The translations under genes were made by a program, and so were the position numbers. Shown one piece after another: positions 52,420 to 64,000 of a DNA stretch of 64,000 nucleotides (within the stretch, counting starts at the first letter, position 1; each line of letters opens with the position of its first letter). Below the pieces are notes generated by a model, which was not told the DNA's origin, did not search any database, and saw nothing but the letters and a program-made list of their open reading frames with translations. Origin of the DNA: the human T2T-CHM13v2.0 reference genome, Homo sapiens; assembly GCF_009914755.1 (NCBI RefSeq), contig NC_060930.1; one strand, written 5' to 3'.

Positions 52420-53309
52420 TTCAATCAGCACATTTTAATATTTTGTTTTTTTCTCCTCTAAAGGACAATTTTGATAGGATGTGGGGTAAAAGATGAAGAT
52501 ACAGTGTAGTCCTTGAAGAGTCTATAATCTGATTATGAGAAAAATAAAAGCAGATAATATCAATAAAGTATGGTAAATGTAGTTATTGAGAATATGAATT
52601 TGCAGTAAGAAAGACCTGGTTGAAATCTTAGATCTGCTACTTTATGGCTCTGTAGATCTTGGCTAAATGATTTAACATTTCTAAGCTTGACTGTCCTTAC
52701 CATATAAAGAGGCTGTGACTATTGACCTTTTAGGATTGTTTTGAGACATAAATGAGATAACATGTGTAAAGTGTTTTCAGCACAATGCCTTAACACATAG
52801 TCTGTGCTCAGTACACAGTAATTATTACTACTATCACCACTAATGTTTGTACACACTTATGCAGAGTGTGCTAAGGGAGCCCAGAAAAGAGTACTTAGGT
52901 TGGCCTGGGGATTAGGGAATGTTTCCTGGAGAAAAGGAGAGCAGAACTGTATCTTAAGTGAGGTAAGAGTCAGATGAAGAAAGGTAGGAACAATATCCCA
53001 TGCAGAGGAAATAGCACAGTGCATGCAGCGTATTGCCAGTATTTGGCATTTGCTGGCAGGTCTAGTGCAAGAATAGTTATTCCTCACTTTCTCCCTTCCT
53101 TGGTATCCTACAGCACTATTGCATCTCCCTTCACTCCCTTCACTGGTTTGCCATCCATCCTCCCCAGAAATACCCTTGCTACCCCTGATGGCTATGTTGG
53201 ATTTGTCCTTTAAGGACAATTCAATCCTTTGTAGGTGGACCAGGCCTCTCTAGAACCCTACCAGAACCTATTCTTTCCCTCTGTCTTATGAACATGAGGA
53301 GAGATGACC

Positions 53310-53560
53310 TGCAGAGGTAGTATAGCTAAGCTAAGAGTATGGGCTCTGGAGTTAAACTTCCTGAGTTCAAACCCTGGCCCCACTACTATGTCACTTTGAG
53401 CAAATTACTTCACCTCTGTGTGCTTCAGTTTTCCCCATCTGTTAAATGGGGATGGTAACAGCACTTATCTCTTATTATGAGGTTGTTGTGATGATTCAGT
53501 GAGCTGACACATGTAAGAAAACTGAAACAGGGCCTGGCTGTTAATAGCTATTAGCTAGCA
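53310..53560 (+). mobile_element. MIR
   Basis: gggctctggagt...ctttgagcaaattacttcacctctgtgtgcttcagttttccccatctgttaaatggg. Confidence 0.7.
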
Positions 53561-54189
53561 TTACCTAACAAGATTAAAAATCTATGCTTCATGGACAGGA
53601 CATACTTGAGAAAATAAAGAATGCCTCAGATTAGAAATGTGGCCACCTGTGGAGGGTAGAAGGAAGAAGGGAGGATAAAAGAGGAAAGAGAGGAAAACTA
53701 ATATTTACTGATTACCTACTAGGGGCCAAAAGTATTGCATTAAGTGCTTCATATATGTTTTTCACCTGATCCTTACAACAGCTGTGGTAAATAGATGGTA
53801 TTGTCCCCAATTTTATACATGAGTATCCTGGTCCTCAGAGAGTTTACAAAATTTGCCTAGACAAATAGGATCAGAATTGAAAGCTATGGGTAGGCGAGTA
53901 GCAGAGTCATGCTCTTCCAACTGCTACTTCTCTTCACCTCCCCGGGGCTCCATTCTCTTAGTTTGAAAACTATATCAGACTTCACATTGCTAAGAAGAAA
54001 TCTAGGAGCTGCCTAATTTTTTAAATGATTCTCTAGGCCTACTCCAGGAAATATAAACATGTGCTTACATTCTAATTTTATATCCTATGCTGAGAATTTA
54101 ATAAAAATAATGAATTGTAGCATATAAACTAAGAGTATACTTCCTTGTTCAGAATTTCAGAATATATTACAATTACACATTGACAATAA

Positions 54190-55050
<861 letters not shown>

Positions 55051-58000
55051 TAATACTATAGTATTATGGATGTTATATATGTAGAACGAGCTTTTTCATA
55101 TTGTCAATTCTTTGCCAATGGAGATGATTCACACACACACACACACATCTTGTCACATGTTGGCCCTTATACTGATAAAACAGCACCAATCCTTCAGGGA
55201 AGCTCCAAATACTCTATGACAAGAAGCTGGGGGTGGTGGCAGTAAGGAAGCAGATAATCTTCTATAGAGACATTTTATATACATATATACTTATTTAACC
55301 TAAAAATATATTTTTTTCTTTAATTACAGTTTCCCATATAACCATCAGTGGGCTCCAGCGATGCAAGCCATATTTATTAGAGGCAGCATGTCAAATAGGA
55401 GTTGACAATTACAGTCTCTATCAATACATATTATGCCAGACGGTAATGAGCCATCCACAAAGGGCTAGCTATCCAAAATAATCATGCTGCTTTCCAGAGA
55501 AATGTCAAAGAGGTTATGGTTTATTACACAGTGCTCATTAGATATACAGTGGCAGCATTAGCAATTTTTCCTTCATTTGCGTCTCATTTAAGGATCTGCC
55601 CCCACAAGCACAGTCAAATTAGTACGCAAGGTTAAAACCATTATGCCCTGAAAAAATTAAGTTGCATTTTATTTTACAGTAACGGTGGATCAAAGGTCCT
55701 TGGAATCTATTATTTACAGAACCATTATCTAACACAGCGTATTAACAAAAGGGAAAAGAAAAGCAATGCCCTGCCAGCATGGCTTGGACAGGAACAAAGG
55801 CAGACTGTTTGAAATAAGCAAATACCATGTTACTTAATTAAGTAGCCCTATAAAAACTATTTTTAAAATAACACTAAGGTTGTGACATCAACTGACAAAA
55901 GTCACAAAATTAAAGTTAATGAAGTACCAACCTGTACTTTAAAATGTCTTGTTTACATTAACTTATTTTTAAACATTTTAATACTGTCATTATATATAAT
56001 TTTTAAATAAATTTACCAATTACTCTAAATACTTATTTTCTTAAAAGGATAACCCATTTTTAAATTTTTATAGCAAACCCACATTTATCAATATTTAATA
56101 AAATAGAATTTGCAGATATAACTATTATAACCAGAAAGATGTGATCAAGAAGGCAGATCTTGGAATAAGTTACAAAGATTTAAATAAATATTGCAAAATA
56201 ATAGATACTTAATGGATTTTGCCAAATCAGCAGATAACTGGTTAACAGCATCTGAATTACTGGCAGGATAAACATTTGTAGCAAAGAGATCTTTTGAAGA
56301 GATTTCTAAAGTCCTGATTGGACTGTTAATAAAATATCAAAATTCATTACAGTTAGAAGGATAATATTCTGAATGTACTTTCCCCACATTTTATTAACAG
56401 ACCTCAGTTGTAGTGATTATTCAAGGATCCTTTCCTTTCATTTAATGAACACTTATTGAGTGCTGTCATGTCAGACCCTGTGATAAGAGTCTGAGAATTC
56501 ATTAAAAAGAAAAAAGAAAGAAAGAAAGAAAGCATATCTCTGTACTTGAGAAGCTCATGGCCAGGTCAGTGAAGCATTTGGACAGGAAACCAAATGATTT
56601 GAATCTTGGGCAATAATTGCTGTCCCAGAAGAAAATACAGCTTGCCAAGGGAGCCCAGATGAAGAGGACCTAATTGAAATCTTGATGAAGTAAGGTAAGG
56701 ATTACCCAGGGAAGTAACAGCTAAAGTGAGAATTCTACCCAGTGAGAACTGTAGGGGAGAAATACACTGGGAAGGTGGGCGAACAAGTGAGAGGAGGCTG
56801 GGGCGGGATCATTTACCTCAGATTATCACAATATACAGTTTTAGAAATCCTTTAAAAATGCTCTTCCTAATTAGAAGAAAACATCTTGAAGTTGGATTGA
56901 TGGACTTAATGAAATAAAGTCAGCAAGAAAGTTCTAGAACAGTTTGGATCATGTTAAAAAAATAAAAAGTATGTTATAGAAAAAATTCCTTTGTCAGGTC
57001 CACATATGGTCAAATTTCAGAGTGGATGAATGTATTATCCATTTAATGTTAACTGTAAGTCTGATTTAATAACTTGTCATGACCAAATTTTGAATTTCTG
57101 TTGGTTATTCTTCTTAATCTTTACCCCCACATGAATGAGGTAAGCATCCTTGTATCTTTCCCCTTAAACTGACAAAAGGATGAGCTATATATACATCACT
57201 TTAATTTTTCTGGTATCTTATATGTCTAGTATGTGTGTCTACTCTCAAAACATCTGTAAAATATAATAAACTTTTAGACAGCAGAGGACAGATTGGTTTA
57301 ATTCTTTTGCTATGGTATCCAGTATAGCTCAGGTGTAATCAGATACTTACAAAAGGTTGCTTTTTTTTTTAAATGTAAATGCCATTATATTCTAGTACAG
57401 CTATTATATATGGCTATGGTCTACAATATGGCAGATTCCTGAATGGATTGTTAGGTGGTTTTGAGGCATTTAGAGTAGCATCATGACAGCATGATAGTAA
57501 TACTCATTTTCCTCTTTTAGTATAACAGATTTCTTTTTTTCGTGAATATTGGGCCTTTTTAAACAGGCCCTATATATCTACTCTGATTTAGCTTTTTAAG
57601 TGACTGCCGTTCTCCCTTCCTCAACAGTGTTTTAATTCAGCAGTATTTAACCTACCAACATTTTTCATTTAATGAACAAAAAATGTATAGACTCCAAAGC
57701 TTTTTTAAAAAACAAAACATATACTACATCTATAGCTTTGCACATATTGTGCACATAAAACTTTGTATAAATGGTTGCAGTATTATTCCTGGCTTTGAAT
57801 TTTGCTTTTCTTCTACCAGAAAAAGCTTCTGGTAACCAGACGTCACAAAAGGTACAGATAATCATAAGATGTCAATCATAATACAAAAACAAGTTATATT
57901 GTTGAACTGCAGAAAAAGTAAAAGCAACTAGGCCCCATGCTGGTCACTACTGCTCTACGTTCATTTCAATACTACATGTAATTATGAATCTCAAGGAACA

Positions 58001-59615
58001 AACCAAGAACGAGCCTGCTGAGAGTGGAGACAGAGGAGTATGGCCAACCTCTCCTCCACGGCACCTCGCAGCAGTGTCAGAGCAGCCATTTTGTCAGTGC
58101 GTCTCTTTCTTTCCACTGCTCTAAGATCTTCAGTTTATTCATTTGCTCTCACCTCTGCCCTATTCCAGAGGGTTTAAATGGTTTAGGTATTATTAGATGA
58201 TGTTCAGTAATAACAGAAAAAAAGCACAACCAGATGTGGAGGAAACATGAGACAAAGGTGTGACAAGAGATGAAGTGTGATAAACTGAGAGGGCACAAAA
58301 TGGGAGGGGGCCAGGGAGAGCCCCAGAGTGATGAGGGAATAGTATGAACTACAGACTTTAATGTAGCTCCCAGAAATAAAGGCTTCTTCTGTATGTGATG
58401 AGCCTATTTTATCTCAAAATGTAAAGCTGTCTGAATTTTAGGTTTGATGACCATGTGTTCTGCAAAGACAGCATATAGATTACAACCGTGCCTGACCTCC
58501 CAGTTTTAGGAACAAAGTGGAATTCTGTCACTGGACACCATCAGGGCTTTGGGTTACATCTCCAACTCCTTATTCTATGGATAAAAATAAAAGCTCCCAA
58601 TATAATATTCATAATTTATAACAATAACATGCAGATCACCTTTTACCGTTTGAAAATGGCACCAAATTAGTAATGGTCACCATTTCTACAGCAAAAAATA
58701 ATGTGAGCACTTTACTGCTTGATGGTACTGTTAGATTAGTGGTCCCCAGTTTGGGGTACGCAGATCTTTAAGGGTTATTTACAGTAGGTAACAAGTTCTT
58801 CACAGAGGTGAGTAATTTTCCCTTTCCAAAATGTCGAAGGAAAGCAATGTATTCCCCCTCCCCCCAGATAAAGTAACATCTGTTAACAAAATTTTTAATT
58901 TTCTTTAATTTTGTACTCATTAATAAGATGCGACAGTGGTTATCTTGTGGTCATCAGAAGCTCAGATTGGCAGTTACAAGTGTATCTAATAAAATGGAAA
59001 ATCATATAATGATGATTTTATATATAAAGTGCCTGGTAAAGACGCTTTTTTAAACAGGGGTGGGAGAATAACAAAAGGAATCCTGAGCGGTAAAGAGGTG
59101 GGGAGGTTATCATAATGAAGTCTATACTGGCTAATTTCCCTCCACTTCTCCTTGACCGCCCCGCTTCTTTCACCAAGGCAGTCTAAGAGGAAGTAGCTAT
59201 CTACTTCAACAACAGCTCTAACAGGAGACCAGAAGAGGTCAGCGGAGAGCAGTGCTAGGCACCCATCCTCCCACCCAGAGGGCTGAGCTCCAGAAGATCC
59301 CAGGTCTCTGTTTACCCAAAAAAGAAGCAACTATGAAAACAGAACAAATTGTTTTATTCAATTTTTTACTTTGACACAATCAGAGATGACCTATAAGTCT
59401 GTTGTAATGGTTAGCTTAAAAAAAAAAGATCTGAAGTAGAAAATGAAAAAATTTTCCTTATATACCAAAAAGTTCCCTGAAGAAGACAATAAAAATGATA
59501 ATGCCTTGATAGTGACATAATCTTATTTTCTCTGAGATAGCTAGCAATCCATTATTTCTTAAAAACATGAGTTGCAGGTGCACAAAAATTCCCATTTAAA
59601 TATACTCAGTTCATC

Positions 59616-59968
<353 letters not shown>

Positions 59969-62900
59969 TCAGTATCTGATTATTTGTGCTATGGAAAAAA
60001 GAATGTGCAATTACTAAGAACTGGTCAAGTACTACAGAGTCCCTGGTTTCTAAATTAATTCTAAAATCGGAAAGTGGAAAAATTAAACATGTTTTTTGAA
60101 TGTTTTAAATATTTAAATATAAATGTTTCTTCTCTTATACCTTCAGGGAGTGTAAACCAAATAGAAAGTTTCCCCTACTCCCCACATTTAAAGCTGAAGA
60201 ATTAGAAGGAAAACACACTATATAAACTTTTAAACACCAGCTGTAGTGTTTTTACTTGCCTTCCTCAGAACTTCCTTCATTGAAGGTACAGTACCTAAAA
60301 ACCAGCTTTTGCTACGTTCCCACGCAAATAGAGGTCATGATCTGGGGCGTTCTGATTGACTATAAACTTGTAGTAGTATACCAGGCACAGAAAGAATGGC
60401 AACCACAAAAGACAACGTGGTACCTGACGTTAGGGGCCTTATGAATTTAATAAGGGCATTGATAAAATTAGAAAATGCTAAGGAAAGACCTAAAATGGAT
60501 GAATATATTCAACAGATAACAGAGAGGTCCAAGTTACCTTGCCTACCCCTCTAATTGTTTTTGAGGAAGATCAACTTTCAGCCAAAGCGCTGCAGACAAT
60601 ATAAAACAAAGTTTGCATAAAGTACCTTTGAAAATAACAAGCTGCCTATAAACCGTTGCAGACGTGTCAGTAACAAAGGTTTTGCAAAGTTAAAGCCCTA
60701 AATTGAATTAAACCCTAATAATTTTGTATTATTACATTTTCATTCCCTGACAATTCTGATTTTTCAGCTTACTGTTTTTGTTAAATTTAAATTGGTCTGG
60801 TCTATCTATAGAGAGAGATAAAAAAGCAAATCCCTATTTTTTAAAGTTCTGAGTTGAATGGTATAAAATTAAATACAGAAATGCATTTTAAGTGCAAAGT
60901 ATCCTTCCACTGTTGCCAGAAAACAAGTAACAAAGAGGAGTTAAGTAATTTAACAGCCATATTTTCTCACTCGCCTTCATTGGGAACACAGTCGTTTGCA
61001 TGGCATAATAAGCTGTAAATTATAAACATTTTTACATAGCCTGCTGCAAAGAAAAGTCTGCCAGCTTTCTACTATATTGGATAGTGTTCAAGTGATTAAC
61101 TATAGCTTTGGAAAAAAGGGGTGGAAACTTGTTTTGCGTCGCAGTTTGTTGGTTCTCACGTACAGCCTCAAAAAAATCCATTACATCATTATTTGCAACA
61201 AATATGTAAGTAATTATAATAGAGTAATAGAAGCTCCATATTATTACAGGATACAAATTACTCATGGACAAGAGAAAATCTTGTAGGTGCATAATCATTC
61301 AAGTATTTCCTTGAAATGTTGTCTCTAATGAGTATGAATGTAATGGTTTCCAAAAATAACAAAATTTGCAGCACTGACATTTCAGGACTAATGACAAATG
61401 AAATACACTTTACTCTTTGTCTATAGGGAAAGCCCATTAGACAGAATATCTGCTTAGGGCACAAGTCTATTTTAAAAAAAGGTTCTTGTGTCAAAGAAAA
61501 TATATAAATATCTGTGTTTCACAACATATAAAGAATAAATGTGTGAAAGGAAACATGCAGTAATAGAGATAATGGCCTGCAAACATAAACGTTTTTATTT
61601 TTAAATTATATAGAGCCCCACCAAAATCCACATTCAACCCCCTAAGAAAATTTTGTCTCAATAAATCAACAATAATACATGGAGCACTTGAGTGCCCACC
61701 ATAGTGCTGGGGCTTTGGAGGTCAAAGAAAAAGTTTATAACCTGATGTCTGTCCACTATACTGAGGATGTCAAGATGACTAAGAAAGTATATGTAAGGCA
61801 CCCTACTTCATAGGTTGTCTACAGTAATGGAAAGAGCATGAATTCTATGGTCAAATGGGATTTGAAACTCAACTCTGTGATTTTCTTACACTATAAACTT
61901 GAGCACGTTATTAAATTTCTTTAAGCCTGTTTACCAAGAAAAGCAATTTCTTAACCAATGTTAAATGTTAAATAAATGCACTAATATATATAAAGAATAT
62001 GGAACAGTAGCAGACTTATAGAAAACTCTATATGTGTTAGCTATAGTAATAATTATATTTCTATATTTATTATAGTTAGCTTTGCACACAGCAGGTGTTC
62101 AATAAATGTTAGTTGAATGAATGAATGAATGAGCAAAGGAACAAATCTAGCAGAGGGACAAGATAAATATGCAGATTACTATAAAATAGACGAGAAGTGC
62201 CTCAAAGGTACAAAATGTAATAGAGGCCTCAGTGGAGGGAGAGGTGATAGGTTGGAAGATGATTAAGACACAAACCCTGACTTCTAGAAGGTACTGTTTA
62301 GTAAGAAAACATACATAAATCAGTATTTACAAAACAGTCATTACAAACAATGTGTTAAGTGTTTTAAGATTTCACAGAACCTTTCTTCTATGTTCTAGCT
62401 CTAAATACACCACGGCTTTTCCCGGAGTGTCCAAATCCTATATGTTCATGAGCAGATATGCCTAACTTCTACAAGCCACAAACTGAGGAGCTGAGAGGTG
62501 GGACCAGTGCTCAGTGCTCCCCTTATTTCCTCATTTTGGTGAAAACCACTGTTCCTTTGAAACCAGCTCTACTTCTGCCATCACTCCTCTTCTCTGTGCC
62601 TCTACATTTATTGAAGTCTCAGTTCTGTTGTTCTGGTTGACTTCAATCATGTGAATTGCCCACCCTACAGTTTTTCAATATACTCAATTCAACCACCTCC
62701 ACTGTATTCTGTGAAACCCACTTTAAGGCACAACTGAACATAACCAATCAGAACTGTTCCACTTTTGAAATCTCCACTTGGATATCCAACTTTCCATCTA
62801 AAACCTACTGTCTTTTCTGCTCTTTCATTGCATTACCACTTCCACCCCTGCAAACTGATTCATCATGATCTCCAGTCCCTTGATCACTACTTTCTCTCTA

Positions 62901-63117
62901 GTTTTGGGCTCCCTCAACCTCACTTCCTACCTGATGGGGCCTAAACAATCATATTAGATCAACCTACACTCTTGCACATACCCTTTTCTTGATGACAAAG
63001 AAAAACATTAATCATGCTTTTATCTTCCTCACATCCACTCTAGGGCTGTTAGGAATTGCCTGTTGCTGTGTTAAGGAATTTGTATCTAATCCTGTAGGGA
63101 ATGCAATTGAAGAGTTA

Positions 63118-63755
<638 letters not shown>

Positions 63756-64000
63756 CCTTGAGAAGAGGAGGGAATGAGGGAAATCTTAACAACAGAAAAG
63801 GGAGACTTAAGATTCCAGTAACTATAGAGAGGGAGGATGCCAGGATTAGAGATAACCAATCAGAGAATCTGCCCTCTTTGCCTCTATTATCAACACCACC
63901 CACTTTCAGGAGTGAGAAGGAAAGTCCAAGAGCACAGTGAGGAAGACATTTCTTAGGCACTAAGCCACCTACAGATGTCAGCTCTCACCTATCATCTTAT

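Overview
Human (primate) intronic DNA, about 55 Alu copies or fragments, lying inside the PDSS2 gene (decaprenyl diphosphate synthase subunit 2, coenzyme Q10 synthesis) on the minus strand. The only protein-coding sequence I can support is a 199-nt internal exon (14925-15123) and an alternative terminal exon (CDS 5317-5409, AATAAA at 5097-5102). The terminal exon also contains a strong internal 5' splice site, so it may act as either a last exon or a 46-nt poison cassette. Notable repeats are a 5'-truncated, L1-mobilised HERV-W env processed pseudogene (40323-41671), a near full-length hAT BLACKJACK transposon fossil nested in an MLT1 LTR, a two-LTR MLT1 element, THE1/MST/MLT1/MER39 LTRs, MER2, MER33, MIR, L2 and old L1. 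There are also local duplication and repair scars and several repeat-free, motif-rich blocks that look like enhancers. Almost all ORFs in the supplied track are Alu or random artefacts. I see no evidence of a wholly new biological system; the best leads are the dual-use PDSS2 exon, the mutational history of the HERV-W copy, a templated local duplication and the candidate enhancers. Repeat subfamily calls and comparisons with known proteins come from recall of consensus sequences, not database searches, and repeat boundaries are approximate.
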